Counted from the first letter of the stretch, positions 32,159-43,304 are shown. The stretch: 64,000 nt of DNA from Gammaproteobacteria bacterium (GCA_965243395.1 CBDEUS010000001.1:896001-960000), one strand, 5' to 3'. A program made the numbers and translations. Notes: generated by a model not told the origin, from the letters alone.

Positions 32159-33097
32159 CTATATTTTCTGACTACGTTTCACTACAGTTAAGTTATTCCC
32201 ATTACCACGGTGAATTAAACTCACCATTTTAACTTGACTCTTCCCAATTACACATTTTGTATTTAATAAAAAATGACTGGTAGCGAAACTATGTTTTTCA
32301 AAATCTATTGTAATATTTTGCATAGAAGGAACCTTGTTAAGATCTTCAATAATTCTGAAAGGCTTATCTTCTCTATATTCAACTAATTCTTCACCCGTAC
32401 CTTGGGTTATATTCTCTCCTAAGGTTTCTAACACCTGAGCAGAAGCAGTATTAAGATTTAATACCGCATTTGAGGGAAGTGCAGTGACATGTGGTAATAA
32501 TTCATCATATATTTCTTGAGTAATGCCATGTACTAATCGGAGCTCAGAAATATCTTGCATGGGTTGATCAGAGGGCAAATAAGCTACTTCCAAACTTCTA
32601 TATATATCTTGTTCAGCACCATCAGGACAGGCCGGTTCTACATTAGCATCGATCCAATCAATAATTGCACAAACCAGCCCGGGGTTTATATTTAGGTTGG
32701 TAAATAATCTTTCAAATGCTTTACGCACATTGGGGTCAGGCTTCTCTCCATCCATTAATAGATTTACATTTAATTTGCCCTGTGGATCTTCTAATTGACC
32801 TTCGATAAATCCATTGGGCAAAGGAAAGAGTAGGGGTTGTCCGTTATTCCACCAGGCGTTATCTGCATCATAGGCATCATATGTATTGTCCTTTTGATCT
32901 CGGGCTAAAATAGCCATAGCCCATTCTTCAGCACCTTTTGCATACGCCCAAGCTTGTCCACTATTAAATGCATTTTCAGTTCGGTGAAAATTTAATTGAT
33001 AGTTAGCGGCAATAGTCACAGCAGCGGTAACTGCTAATGCAATGATAAGTACTGCAGTAATTAAGGCAACACCAGATTGTTTATTCAATGTATTCAT
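32159..33097 (-). CDS. gspK: T2SS minor pseudopilin K
   Basis: QSG/VALITAVL prepilin site, KLNVN, IIDWID, LNLNTA. Confidence 0.95.
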   Translation of the reverse strand: MNTLNKQSGVALITAVLIIALAVTAAVTIAANYQLNFHRTENAFNSGQAWAYAKGAEEWAMAILARDQKDNTYDAYDADNAWWNNGQPLLFPLPNGFIEGQLEDPQGKLNVNLLMDGEKPDPNVRKAFERLFTNLNINPGLVCAIIDWIDANVEPACPDGAEQDIYRSLEVAYLPSDQPMQDISELRLVHGITQEIYDELLPHVTALPSNAVLNLNTASAQVLETLGENITQGTGEELVEYREDKPFRIIEDLNKVPSMQNITIDFEKHSFATSHFLLNTKCVIGKSQVKMVSLIHRGNGNNLTVVKRSQKI

Positions 33098-33103
33098 GGC
33101 TTT

Positions 33104-33721
33104 TTATGTAGTACTCGGAGCAGCAAATAAACGCCGGATTTCGTCCATATTTTCAACTTTAATAATAATTTCTACAGCGTTTGGAACACCCACTTGCTGA
33201 AATGAATTACTATTTAAAGGTGGCCATGTAACATGCCATTGACTACCTTGCAAATATCTTAATTTAATTGACTCTACGCCTTCTAATAAATCAGTAGTGA
33301 AATATTCTTCTGCAATGGCGCCATCAAGCTGACCCCAGGTGTATCGCTTCAAGGTATTTTCAGATAACTCGTACGAAACTCGTTGGAGTTTACTACGCAC
33401 AAGATTAGCAGGATTTCGCCATCCTGCATGAGTGAAGCTCATTGCTTTCTCTTCATCACCGACGAATGCTGGTTGAAGATCTGAATATTGGTTGCGAATC
33501 GCACGATTTACTAACTGATTTATATCTTTTTCAAGATACCTAAATGTCAATTGCAGATCTTTCAATTGATCAGATGAACTTTGTAAATATTTTTGCCCTT
33601 TTAAAACTTGATTTAATCCACCGTAAGCAAACACAGACATCACGGCAAAAACAAATATAGCCACCATAATTTCAATTAGAGTGAATCCATGTATTTTCTG
33701 CTTGCAGGATTTCTTTAACAT
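33104..33721 (-). CDS. gspJ: T2SS minor pseudopilin J
   Basis: G/FTLIE, GWRNP...RSKLQRVSY; start placed at the ATG just after gspI. Confidence 0.93.
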   Translation of the reverse strand: MLKKSCKQKIHGFTLIEIMVAIFVFAVMSVFAYGGLNQVLKGQKYLQSSSDQLKDLQLTFRYLEKDINQLVNRAIRNQYSDLQPAFVGDEEKAMSFTHAGWRNPANLVRSKLQRVSYELSENTLKRYTWGQLDGAIAEEYFTTDLLEGVESIKLRYLQGSQWHVTWPPLNSNSFQQVGVPNAVEIIIKVENMDEIRRLFAAPSTT

Positions 33722-33725
33722 AATT

Positions 33726-34106
33726 TTATCCAGGGTTAAAAAACAATGTGATAAGAGTTGCGTAATTTTGTGCACTTTTATCCTTATCTTTTCTAACAGT
33801 AATTTCTACACGGCTAGTATCTGGATCTTCAGTCCCTTCAACTTTTCTTGTCCAATACCAAGTCAAGCCTGCTAACGTTTCATCTCCGTCAGTAAAACCA
33901 TTTTTTGGTTTAGCTGAAGTTAATTCCATTTCTGCCATTTGGTTTTGTGCCACCCAATAAGCCAATGTTTTATCTCTTAAGTAAATCGTGTTATTTGTAG
34001 TGGAGGTTACGGTTTTAATTACTGCTGCTAAACCTAATGCTATTACCGCGACCGCGACCATAACTTCTACTAAAGTAAAACCTTTATGTCTTTTAAAAAT
34101 TAACAT
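33726..34106 (-). CDS. gspI: T2SS minor pseudopilin I
   Basis: G/FTLVEVMVA, LAYWVAQN; start placed at the ATG after the gspH stop. Confidence 0.93.
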   Translation of the reverse strand: MLIFKRHKGFTLVEVMVAVAVIALGLAAVIKTVTSTTNNTIYLRDKTLAYWVAQNQMAEMELTSAKPKNGFTDGDETLAGLTWYWTRKVEGTEDPDTSRVEITVRKDKDKSAQNYATLITLFFNPG

Positions 34107-34116
34107 GTAATAATTG

Positions 34117-34701
34117 CTATCGTTCGACAATTTCATATTCGCCGTTTTCGGCAAACTTCATGTTAAAAGAATGATCAATCCGATCTGTTAAGTTAAGTTC
34201 AAATGGGCTTACTGTGCCATCTGATAAAATAAATATGTGTGGAGTAACATCTTTCAACTTTGAGGCTGTAAAATTCACTCTCACACCTTCAAGAAAGAGT
34301 TCATACTCCAATCCATCAGGTAATATTCGCTCATTTAATAACTTATCTTTTTCTAAGGGTACCCAAGTAAATTTTTCTTTTTTTTCTTTATCTAGACTTG
34401 TAGTTAAGGTGTAAAAAGAGTAACTATCTTTAGTAAACAGGATGCCTAATTCTTGCGAATTAAAAATAGCTTGTTCTTTTGCTAATTCAATCAAAGCAGC
34501 AAGTTGTTGAGATTTACGGTTCATTCGTTCGGCTTGGTTATCTCCAAAAGCGAGGGTAGCAGCAGACACTACTATGCCAACAATTAATAAAACCGCTAAT
34601 AACTCAATTAATGTAAAACCAGAATCATTCCGGTTTTTTAATGTTACTCCTATTGAATATGGAGAAGTATTGTTTCGCTTGAGTAACATTTTTGGTTTCA
34701 C
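34117..34701 (-). CDS. gspH: T2SS minor pseudopilin H
   Basis: G/FTLIELL, PHIFILSDG..SPF; start uncertain (GTG 34701 or ATG 34689). Confidence 0.9.
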   Translation of the reverse strand: MKPKMLLKRNNTSPYSIGVTLKNRNDSGFTLIELLAVLLIVGIVVSAATLAFGDNQAERMNRKSQQLAALIELAKEQAIFNSQELGILFTKDSYSFYTLTTSLDKEKKEKFTWVPLEKDKLLNERILPDGLEYELFLEGVRVNFTASKLKDVTPHIFILSDGTVSPFELNLTDRIDHSFNMKFAENGEYEIVER

Positions 34702-34720
34702 AAGGGTAAAATTTAAAGCA

Positions 34721-35179
34721 TTACCTTAAATCAGCTAAAGATAAATCCTTATTATTTTCTTCACCACCCAATTTTCCATCTGCACCAAAGGTAAATAAAT
34801 CTATTTCAGCATTAGTACCCGGACTCGCGTATTGATATTCGCTGCCCCAAGGGTCTAATGGTAATCTTGGTAGGTAACCGCCTTTACGCCAATTTTTAGC
34901 TTCTGGGCCACCGGTAGGTTTGCTTACCAAAGCCTGTATCCCTTGTTCTGTAGTCGGATAGTTAAAATTATCTAAGCGATATAAATTCAATGCAGATTCA
35001 ATGGCACGTATATCACTTAGTGCTTTTTTCACGCGTGCTTCTTCAACCTGACCAAAAATATTAGGTGCAATGACTGCGGCTAATAAACCGATGATGACTA
35101 CGACTACAATAATCTCGATTAAAGTAAATCCGCGCATATGTCGACTTTTATTACTTTGGTAGTTTCTATACTTATTCAT
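34721..35179 (-). CDS. gspG: T2SS major pseudopilin G
   Basis: G/FTLIE, LYRLDN..YPTTEQG, DPWG, GADG. Confidence 0.98.
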   Translation of the reverse strand: MNKYRNYQSNKSRHMRGFTLIEIIVVVVIIGLLAAVIAPNIFGQVEEARVKKALSDIRAIESALNLYRLDNFNYPTTEQGIQALVSKPTGGPEAKNWRKGGYLPRLPLDPWGSEYQYASPGTNAEIDLFTFGADGKLGGEENNKDLSLADLR

Positions 35180-35406
35180 GCAATTACTCTCGTGTTGTTA
35201 ACTCGCTGATTATTAAGGGCAAATATTATAAAATTGTAACAAGAACCCGTATGCACTAGCGCTCTTAGATAGTTTTGTCGGTCAATCTAGACAGATAATC
35301 GGCGATGATGATTGCTATACTGATAAAAATAAATCTAAATAAAATATATATTTATCAATAAGTTAATTCTATTTTTAATGTAATTTAACCTAAATAGAAT
35401 AATGAC

Positions 35407-36624
35407 TTATTGTCCCACTAGTTGGTTCAAATTAAATATAGGCATCAAAATAGCCATAACTATGCCAAGCACTAAAATACCCATCCCAATAATAATTAAT
35501 GGTTCAAGCAGCTTTAATGATGTATTAACAACTGTATTCAGCTCGCGTTCTTGTTGAGACGCTGCTCGGTCTAGCATTTGTTCTAAATTACCACTTTGTT
35601 CGCCACTGGCGATTAGATGTAGAGTCATTGGAGGAAAGTGCCCTGAACGTTCCAAGGATGAATGTATAGTCGCACCTTCACTAATACTAACCGCAGCTTC
35701 TTGTACTGCTTGACGCATTGGTCGATTCATTATTACTTCAGCAGCGATTCTCAATGAATCTAGTACGGGTACACCTGATGCCGTCATAATACTGAGTGTT
35801 CTTGAAAATCTTGCAGTATTTACTCCTCTTGTAAGCCTTCCAACAATTGGCATTCTAAGAAATATCTTATGCATTTTCGCTTTAAACAATTCGCTACGCA
35901 TGGCACGGCTAAATGCAATCACTCCGGCAATAATCACTATTAAAATATAAATTCCATATGACGCGAGAAAATTGCTAAAAGAAATTAACATACGCGTAAG
36001 TAATGGCAGCTCTTGACCTAAATCTGCAAAAATACCTACAACTTTTGGTACTACAACAACAACTAAAAGAATTACAACACTTATAGCAATAAATAAAAGA
36101 GCTATAGGATATACAAGCGCACCTACAACGCTTTGTGTAGTTTCCTGTTTTGTTTCTGTGTAATCTGCAAGTCGATCTAGCACCGCATCTAAGTGGCCTG
36201 ACTTTTCTCCTGCAGCAATGGTTGCTCGAAACATTTCAGGAAATGCAGAAGGAAACTCGCTCATGGCTTTTTCTAATGAGAAACCTTCTGTTACACGTGA
36301 TCTCACACCCATAATAATTCGTTTTACGCGAGGTTTTTCTGTGTGGTTTCCAACGGTACGCAATGATTCTTCTAAAGGGGTGCCAGAACGTACTAATGTA
36401 GCTAACTGACGTGTAAATAAAGCTAGATCTGTAGAACTGAATCCGCGAGAAAATAAACCTTTAACAGAAGATTTTTCTGCACGCTCTTTTACTTGATTAA
36501 TGGCTAATGGATCAAAGCCTTTGGAACGTAATTGTTGTCGAGCAGAACGTGGGCTATCGCCTTCGATTACTCCACGTTTTTCACGGCCAGCAGTATCAAG
36601 TGCGGTATATTCAAATGCTGGCAT
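35407..36624 (-). CDS. gspF: T2SS inner-membrane platform protein F
   Basis: FTRQLATL, AAGEKSGHL..VL.RLADY, LEPL. Confidence 0.97.
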   Translation of the reverse strand: MPAFEYTALDTAGREKRGVIEGDSPRSARQQLRSKGFDPLAINQVKERAEKSSVKGLFSRGFSSTDLALFTRQLATLVRSGTPLEESLRTVGNHTEKPRVKRIIMGVRSRVTEGFSLEKAMSEFPSAFPEMFRATIAAGEKSGHLDAVLDRLADYTETKQETTQSVVGALVYPIALLFIAISVVILLVVVVVPKVVGIFADLGQELPLLTRMLISFSNFLASYGIYILIVIIAGVIAFSRAMRSELFKAKMHKIFLRMPIVGRLTRGVNTARFSRTLSIMTASGVPVLDSLRIAAEVIMNRPMRQAVQEAAVSISEGATIHSSLERSGHFPPMTLHLIASGEQSGNLEQMLDRAASQQERELNTVVNTSLKLLEPLIIIGMGILVLGIVMAILMPIFNLNQLVGQ

Positions 36625-36638
36625 TGTATACTCGAGGT

Positions 36639-38165
36639 TTAGTATTCAACATCTTCTTTAGTCACGCGCATGACTTCTTCAAGTGTAGTAACTCCCTCAA
36701 GTACTAGGCGAACTCCATCTTGTCGAATGCTCGCCGTATGCTGATGTGCATATTTTTCTAATTCTTGTTCAGCACCAATGTCATGAATCATGCCACGCAT
36801 ATTTTCATCAATCGCTACAAGTTCATAAATACCTGTTCTCCCTGAATAGCCTGTGCCATTGCATGCGCTACATGATCCGGGAGAATAAATTGTAGGTGGT
36901 TGACTAAACTCTTTTCCTGCTTGTTTTATTTGTTGAAGTTCAACATCATTTGCAGTGTGAGAAACTTTGCATTCTTCACACAATACTCGGACGAGGCGTT
37001 GAGCTAATACCGCAACTAAACTTGATGCAAGCAAAAATGGTTCAACTCCCATATCTCGCATACGTGTAATAGCACCTACTGCAGTGTTTGTATGCAAAGT
37101 TGAAAATACCATATGGCCCGTCAAACTGGCTTGTACAGCAATAGATGCCGTTTCCAAATCACGAATCTCACCCACCATCACAACATCAGGGTCTTGACGC
37201 AAAATTGCACGTAAGCCTCGTGCAAATGTCATGTCTACTTTTTGGTTAACTTGAGTCTGGCCAATTCCATCAATGAAATATTCAATCGGATCTTCAACCG
37301 TAAGAATGTTGCGTTTCTTGTTATTAATCTCACTTAATGCCGCATACAATGTTGTTGTTTTACCAGAACCCGTTGGACCGGTAACTAAAACAATACCATG
37401 TGGTTTTTCAATTGCTTGTTTGATCCTATCGTGAATTCCAGGTTGTAAGCCCAAGTGTTCTAAATCTAGTCGACCTGCCTGCTTATCTAGTAAACGTAAT
37501 ACCACACGCTCACCATGTCCCGAGGGCAGGGTAGAAACACGAACATCAACAGGGCGCCCTGCAATACGTAATGAAATACGACCGTCTTGAGGCAGACGTT
37601 TTTCAGCAATATCCAAAGCGGCCATTACTTTGATACGAGAAACAACCAACGCACCCAGGTTACGTGGCGGCTGTAACACTTCACGCAACACACCATCCAC
37701 CCGCATGCGTACCGAGAGTCTCGATTCAAAGGTTTCAATATGAATATCAGATGCGTTTTCTTTAACTGCTTGAGTTAATAATGCGTTGATTAAACGAATG
37801 ATAGGTGCGTCATCATCCGCATCCATTAAATCTTGTGGTTCTGGCAGGGCTTCTGCCAAGCTGGCAAGGTCAAGATCATCCTCAAAACCTTCCATTAATG
37901 CTAATGCACCCGTGGCGCTTTCGTCATACAGTTGTGTAAGCAATTCATCAAACTCATCTTCAGACAAGGTGCGAATATTAAGCGGCTTGCCTACAAATCG
38001 GCGCGCTTCCGCAAGAGAGGGGGGTTTTACATCTGGACGTTGAAAAATCATGACACGCCCGTTAATTTCGTTTCCGATTAAAATGCCATGGCGTTTAGCA
38101 AAGCTAAACGGCGGTCTACGAATTTCTCGTGGAGCAAGTGAAGGTTGTGCTTTTTCGGCTTCCAT
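36639..38165 (-). CDS. gspE: T2SS ATPase E
   Basis: ASDIHIE, GPTGSGKTTT, LRQDPDVVMVGEIRD, CxxC...CxxC. Confidence 0.98.
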   Translation of the reverse strand: MEAEKAQPSLAPREIRRPPFSFAKRHGILIGNEINGRVMIFQRPDVKPPSLAEARRFVGKPLNIRTLSEDEFDELLTQLYDESATGALALMEGFEDDLDLASLAEALPEPQDLMDADDDAPIIRLINALLTQAVKENASDIHIETFESRLSVRMRVDGVLREVLQPPRNLGALVVSRIKVMAALDIAEKRLPQDGRISLRIAGRPVDVRVSTLPSGHGERVVLRLLDKQAGRLDLEHLGLQPGIHDRIKQAIEKPHGIVLVTGPTGSGKTTTLYAALSEINNKKRNILTVEDPIEYFIDGIGQTQVNQKVDMTFARGLRAILRQDPDVVMVGEIRDLETASIAVQASLTGHMVFSTLHTNTAVGAITRMRDMGVEPFLLASSLVAVLAQRLVRVLCEECKVSHTANDVELQQIKQAGKEFSQPPTIYSPGSCSACNGTGYSGRTGIYELVAIDENMRGMIHDIGAEQELEKYAHQHTASIRQDGVRLVLEGVTTLEEVMRVTKEDVEY

Positions 38166-38181
38166 TATGAAGTACTCGTGA

Positions 38182-40311
38182 CTATTCCAGAATAATCACA
38201 TCAGAGTCAGTTTCAATTGTGATATTTTCATCGGGAAGGTCTTCAGTTTGAATTTCTTCTACTCCAACACCTTCGATATCCTCAATTGCAGTAGTTTCAA
38301 CACCAGGTGATTGTTCCAGTAATTGATCAACTGATACTGATGACGCTGGTGAAACCAGGCTGCCTGGGATTTGGGTAACGAGATCATCCAGATCAGGTAA
38401 AAGCTTAGCTTTTTCTTTTAGAAGACCGCGCTCATCAATCTTTGCATCAAGTTGCCGTGCTTTCATGAAACTATATTTTGCATTTGTAGCATATGTGCTA
38501 GTGGCAGCATCACGCACTATGACCGGGTGTATAAACACCATCAGATTTTGTTTGTTATTTTGAGTGTCAGTCGCTTTGAACAAATGGCCGAGTAAAGGAA
38601 TATCGCCAAGCAATGGAACTTTATTCTCTGAATCTTGAAATTCGTCCTGTATTAAACCCCCGAGAACAATTGTTTGCTGGTCTTTTGCTAAAACGCTGGT
38701 GTTGATTGTTCGCGTATTTGTAATTAAATCGCTTGCCTGAGTTGATTCAGATAATGTGGAAGATTCAGTTTCAATATCTAACTTAACACTGTCACCTTCA
38801 TTTATTTGCGGGGTAATACGCAAGGTAATACCAACATCTTGTCGCTCAATAGTTTGGAATGGATTTACGGCAGAATCGGTTCCTGAACCTGTGTTGGTAA
38901 ACTGTCCCGTGATAAATGGAACATTTTGTGCGACTACAATCTCAGCTTCTTCATTATCAAGCGTCATCAATTGAGGTGTAGATAAAATATTAGTAGCTGT
39001 ATCTCCCTCTAATGCACGAAGGATCGCTGCAAATCGATCTTTACCGCTAAGCTTTGCTGCACCAAGAAATGCTCCAGATGTAACTGCTGATAACGCGCTA
39101 GTTGAATCACCACTCAGGGCACCCGTTAAATCAATTCCACTGTTTGGCAATAGTGTGCCAAATGCGGGTGTTGTTCCTGAAGATCTATCTGTAGGCACAT
39201 ACGCAAATTCAACACCAAGTTCACGTGATAGCCCCGTAGACACATCGGCAATAATGGCTTCAACCAAAACTTGTGCACGACGAATATCTAATTGGCTAAT
39301 GATTCTTCGTAAGCTATCGAACTTAGCGGGCGAGGCAGTAATAATCAGTGCATTATTTGTTTCGTCCGCCTGTATATCGACTTCCTGAGAATTTGTTCCT
39401 GCAGCTGCATTCCCATTGCCTTGTTGTCCTTCCGCTTCAAATTGTGAAACGCCGAGTAGAATTGGTGCTAATTCTGCAGCTTTTGCATATTTTAAAAATA
39501 CAACTTGAGAATTTCCGCCACCCTGCAGTGGTGTATCTAAATGCGCAATGATTCCACGAATTCTTAATCGTGCTGCATTGTCTCCAGATAGCAAAACACT
39601 GTTAGATCGTTCATCTGCGGCAAGAGTAGTACCACCAGGAACTTGGCCTTGAGCATCTTGGCGATTCATAGAAGTAATAATTCGAACTACTTCTGTAGCC
39701 GAAGCATATTGTAGTGGCACAATCTCAATTTCTTGGTTATCAGGTCGATCAATGCGATTAATAATTGAGATGAGTCTTTCGATGTTAGCAGCACGATCAG
39801 ATACAACTAATACGTTACTGTTCGGATATGCAGCTAAATGACCTTGTTGAGGAACAAGAGGGCGTAAGATTGGTACCATTTGTGCTGCGGGTACATTTTT
39901 AATGGCTACAACGCGCGTTACAAGTTCGTCTCCCGTAGCATCTGCACTTGATTCACCCGTGGTTACCGGGCCTTGTTTTGCATTCACGTCCGGGAGAATC
40001 TTAATGATTTCTCCTACTTGTACAGCAGCATAACCGTGTACCTGTAATACAGAGAGAAATACCTGGTAAACCTCTTCGCGATTCATGGGTCTCGCAGAAA
40101 CTACCGTAACCTTTGCTTTTACGCGTGGATCTACAACGAAGTTTCGCCCAGTTGCTTCCGCTACCGTTTCAATGAAAGAACGGATATCTGCATCTTTCAA
40201 ATTGAGTGTGACACCAGTTTGCGCGTGCACTAAAGAACAAGTGAGCAAAAAGAGCAGGGAATATGCACTAAGAGCTTTCAATAATCGACTAAGGTTAGGC
40301 TTATTTTTCAT
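38182..40311 (-). CDS. gspD: T2SS secretin D
   Basis: N0-N3 domains, LDIRRAQVLVEAII, KVPLLGDIPLLG.LF. Confidence 0.98.
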   Translation of the reverse strand: MKNKPNLSRLLKALSAYSLLFLLTCSLVHAQTGVTLNLKDADIRSFIETVAEATGRNFVVDPRVKAKVTVVSARPMNREEVYQVFLSVLQVHGYAAVQVGEIIKILPDVNAKQGPVTTGESSADATGDELVTRVVAIKNVPAAQMVPILRPLVPQQGHLAAYPNSNVLVVSDRAANIERLISIINRIDRPDNQEIEIVPLQYASATEVVRIITSMNRQDAQGQVPGGTTLAADERSNSVLLSGDNAARLRIRGIIAHLDTPLQGGGNSQVVFLKYAKAAELAPILLGVSQFEAEGQQGNGNAAAGTNSQEVDIQADETNNALIITASPAKFDSLRRIISQLDIRRAQVLVEAIIADVSTGLSRELGVEFAYVPTDRSSGTTPAFGTLLPNSGIDLTGALSGDSTSALSAVTSGAFLGAAKLSGKDRFAAILRALEGDTATNILSTPQLMTLDNEEAEIVVAQNVPFITGQFTNTGSGTDSAVNPFQTIERQDVGITLRITPQINEGDSVKLDIETESSTLSESTQASDLITNTRTINTSVLAKDQQTIVLGGLIQDEFQDSENKVPLLGDIPLLGHLFKATDTQNNKQNLMVFIHPVIVRDAATSTYATNAKYSFMKARQLDAKIDERGLLKEKAKLLPDLDDLVTQIPGSLVSPASSVSVDQLLEQSPGVETTAIEDIEGVGVEEIQTEDLPDENITIETDSDVIILE

Positions 40312-40486
40312 TTAGTTACGTAATTTTTACAAGGTAAATCTCAGTATCTTCAGCTTATCAGGATATACCTATAGCGAATACAAGTTGCCTGACTTTTATA
40401 CACTAAATCCCTATATATACGGTTAATATTCATCTCTGTGATCGCTATTCCTGGATTAATGGAGAATCTCGGTGCCTAGCTCCTGC

Positions 40487-41380
40487 TTATTGACTTAAAT
40501 CCTGGAACAACGTGATTTCGGTGCCTCCTCGATTCACAGTCAGCGTGACCTCCGTGGCGGTTGCGAGAGATTGCATTGCTTCAGGACCCTTATTTGGTGC
40601 ATCCAGTGTAACGCCATTAATATTGGTTACTACATCACCAGGCTCCAAACCCAATTTGTTGAACATTTCGGCATTTTTGCTCGGTGTGAGCTTATAGCCC
40701 ATAAACTTACCATCAGGGGAATTCTCTGGGGAAGCGTTTATGAATTCTGTCAAACGAACAGGGTTTTTCATGATTTCTTGTCGAAACTGACCAAGTGTCT
40801 CAAAGTTATTTTGAGCACTGGCCGGACTCGTTTGTGGCTGATTTGCTCTTTGACTGGTGGAGGTTGTTTTCTTTTGGCTAAATCCTTTAGCGTTTGCTCT
40901 TGGCAGACGCAATGTTTCCATCCTAATGTCACGCTCCAGTATCACTCGATCTGCATACACTGCATGAAGGACAGCACCACCAGGAATATCATCGCCTAAT
41001 GCATAGTGTTTGATTTTATTCGCACCACTGGAAATGATGGCGTAACCATATTCCTTTCCACCTGCAAGTACGCCTAGAAGTTTTAAATTCAAAGTAGTTT
41101 CGGGAGCATTTTCAACTTTTTTCACAGAAGCAGCTGGGGCAGGTTTACCCATCAAATGTAGCTGCGCGATCTTTCGGTCGTGATTCGCACGGGGTTGTGG
41201 TTTTACATTTGTTGGAGCCGTGGCGGGGGGTGCAATTACAACATCTGAGCCGCTATCAAAAAATCCCCAAATCAATTTAGCCAAAGTAATTAAGATTAAG
41301 ACAACCAAAGCTATACTGACCCAGCGGGGCAGTTTCATTTCAATCTTGGGCCAAAGGTTATTTAAAGCTGCAGCGTCCAT
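40487..41380 (-). CDS. gspC: T2SS protein C (HR + PDZ)
   Basis: TM segment, APETTLNLKLLGV, ETLRL, PDZ-like GLEPGDVVTNING. Confidence 0.93.
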   Translation of the reverse strand: MDAAALNNLWPKIEMKLPRWVSIALVVLILITLAKLIWGFFDSGSDVVIAPPATAPTNVKPQPRANHDRKIAQLHLMGKPAPAASVKKVENAPETTLNLKLLGVLAGGKEYGYAIISSGANKIKHYALGDDIPGGAVLHAVYADRVILERDIRMETLRLPRANAKGFSQKKTTSTSQRANQPQTSPASAQNNFETLGQFRQEIMKNPVRLTEFINASPENSPDGKFMGYKLTPSKNAEMFNKLGLEPGDVVTNINGVTLDAPNKGPEAMQSLATATEVTLTVNRGGTEITLFQDLSQ

Positions 41381-41471
41381 TCTTCATTAACTAATCATGA
41401 TGCGTTTTAAGATTGAAAATAGTAATTTAGGTTCATCAATATGTTTTGGTAAACAATCTGCTCAAATATGC

Positions 41472-41509
41472 TTGACATCAAAACCATGGTTAGCGTAACT
41501 TGCGCCGGC
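41472..41509 (+). promoter_or_regulatory. Sigma70 promoter with GC-rich discriminator for tRNA-Glu
   Basis: TTGACA-N18-TAACTT-GCGCCGGC upstream of the tRNA. Confidence 0.65.
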
Positions 41510-41554
41510 TCTAACGGCGAAGTTTCCATTTATAGAGTTATATCGTCTTATCAT

Positions 41555-41630
41555 GTCCCCATCGTCTAGAGGCCTAGGACATCGCCCTTTCACGGCGGCA
41601 ACGGGGGTTCGAATCCCCCTGGGGACGCCA
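41555..41630 (+). tRNA. tRNA-Glu(TTC)
   Basis: 76-nt cloverleaf GTCCCCA...TCGCC-CTTTCAC-GGCGG...TGGGGACGCCA. Confidence 0.98.
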
Positions 41631-42074
41631 TAACTCTGATTCCTTGGCGGAAAAATAAGAATTTCGTTCCTTATTAATATACCGACCCTAACTCACTCAT
41701 TAAACATAGAGTTTTCTGTATGGTTGAGATACTAATGCCCTGATAAGGGGTAGTAAATAGCTTATGGTTGGTTATGAAATTCTAAGTAGTTCACTTAGCT
41801 AAGTTGCATAGAAAACATCAAACTTTTCAAAAAAGTTCTAATTTGGTGTATGCCATACGATAAATTATGCTCATATATTAGAAATTAATTTAATAAATTT
41901 TGGTAACTACATAAATTCAAAGTAAATTTACTGCAAAGAATTAAATAAAAATTATAATCGTGCGCTACCCACATTGGGTGTACATTCAAAGTATGAAGAT
42001 TTGCTAGAGTATCAGTAAATAAGCAAATATTAATATACAAAGTTAGTGAATTAATTTTCACTCAGGAGTGAGCC

Positions 42075-42680
42075 ATGCCGACTTCAATTGACCTGCAAAA
42101 CTTAAACCAAGAAACGCTGAATAAGTGGTTTGATGAAAGATTAGAACAAAAATTACAAGAAAGAGAAGAGTCCAAAATCCCGCAACTTTCACTTATTGCT
42201 ACAAAAGGCACCATGGATATGGCTTATCCGCCATTTATTCTTGCTTCCACAGCCGCAGCATTAGGTTGGGAAGTATCCTGTTTCTTTACTTTTTATGGTT
42301 TAAATTTATTAAAGAAAGACCTTGATTTAGAAATTTCACCTTTAGGCAATCCTGCAATGCCCATGAAAATGCCTTTTGGTCCGGAGTGGTTTAAAAGTGT
42401 TGAGTGGAACATACCCAATGCGTTGAGCAGTAACATCCCGGGTTTTGAAAAGTTTGCAACTTCAATGATGTCTCAAACTCTTAAGAGCAAAGGTGTTGCA
42501 AGCGTTGAAGAGTTACGCGAGCTTTCTATTGAAGCAGATGTGAAACTCGTCGCGTGTCAAATGACAGTAGACTTATTCGGCTATGAAAAAGATGAATTTA
42601 TTGACGACGTGAGTGATTGGGTAGGTGCTGCATCATTCTTGCCAGCGGCACAAAAATCAGATATCTGTTTATTCATTTAG
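42075..42680 (+). CDS. DsrE2-like (DsrE/F-like family) sulfur carrier
   Basis: ATKGTMDMAYPPFILASTAAALG, FFTFYGL, ACQMTVDL, GAASFL. Confidence 0.88.
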   Translation: MPTSIDLQNLNQETLNKWFDERLEQKLQEREESKIPQLSLIATKGTMDMAYPPFILASTAAALGWEVSCFFTFYGLNLLKKDLDLEISPLGNPAMPMKMPFGPEWFKSVEWNIPNALSSNIPGFEKFATSMMSQTLKSKGVASVEELRELSIEADVKLVACQMTVDLFGYEKDEFIDDVSDWVGAASFLPAAQKSDICLFI

Positions 42681-42690
42681 CAAACTAAAA

Positions 42691-43251
42691 TTGAAAGCAT
42701 CACTAGTATTTGGATTCATTTTATTTCTAGGTGTTTCTGCATGCTCACAAAATGTAGAAAAACAGCTCACAGAAAGCAGAGAAGCTACCCAACAACTTGG
42801 CAGTCAACTTAAAAAAAAGTTAGTGCAAAGCATGCAAACCGGTGGCCCAATAGGAGCATTGGACGTTTGCAATATAGAAGCTGAAGATATTGCAGGCAGT
42901 ATTTCTAACAAACTTGGATTAGAAGTAGGTCGAACTTCTCTCAAACTTCGTAACGTAAACAACGCTTCGGATGATTGGGAAAATGAAGTGTTACATTATT
43001 TTGAAAAGCAAAAACAATCTGGAGCAGAGATAAAAAACCTTGAAATCTATGAAATTACTAAAGACATGGATGGCAAGTGGTTTCGTTATATGAAAGCCAT
43101 ACCAACCGCAGAGGTTTGTTTAATGTGTCATGGTGATACCATTGCGCAACCCGTACAAGAAAAACTTCAATCTCTTTACCCAAATGATCAAGCAACAGGT
43201 TTTAAAGCAGGGGATATTCGCGGAGCTTTTACAGTGAAGTTAAAAATGTGA
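42691..43251 (+). CDS. DUF3365 (Tll0287-like) monoheme c-type cytochrome lipoprotein
   Basis: Lipobox-like VSAC, RTSLKLRN, CLMCHG, YP.DQATG...RGAF; start placed at TTG 42691. Confidence 0.88.
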   Translation: MKASLVFGFILFLGVSACSQNVEKQLTESREATQQLGSQLKKKLVQSMQTGGPIGALDVCNIEAEDIAGSISNKLGLEVGRTSLKLRNVNNASDDWENEVLHYFEKQKQSGAEIKNLEIYEITKDMDGKWFRYMKAIPTAEVCLMCHGDTIAQPVQEKLQSLYPNDQATGFKAGDIRGAFTVKLKM

Positions 43252-43280
43252 GTTAAGAATAATCTGACGTAAGTACAAAT

Positions 43281-43304
43281 AAAAAAGGGGGCAAAAGCCC
43301 CCTT
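43281..43304 (-). terminator. Rho-independent terminator between convergent genes
   Basis: aaaaaagggggc-aaaa-gccccctt; U-tract on the minus strand (fccB side). Confidence 0.85.

Noticed and set aside
41631-42074. Possible ncRNA or att site after tRNA-Glu
   Set aside because: No tRNA 3' duplication or convincing structure seen; looks like AT-rich promoter DNA
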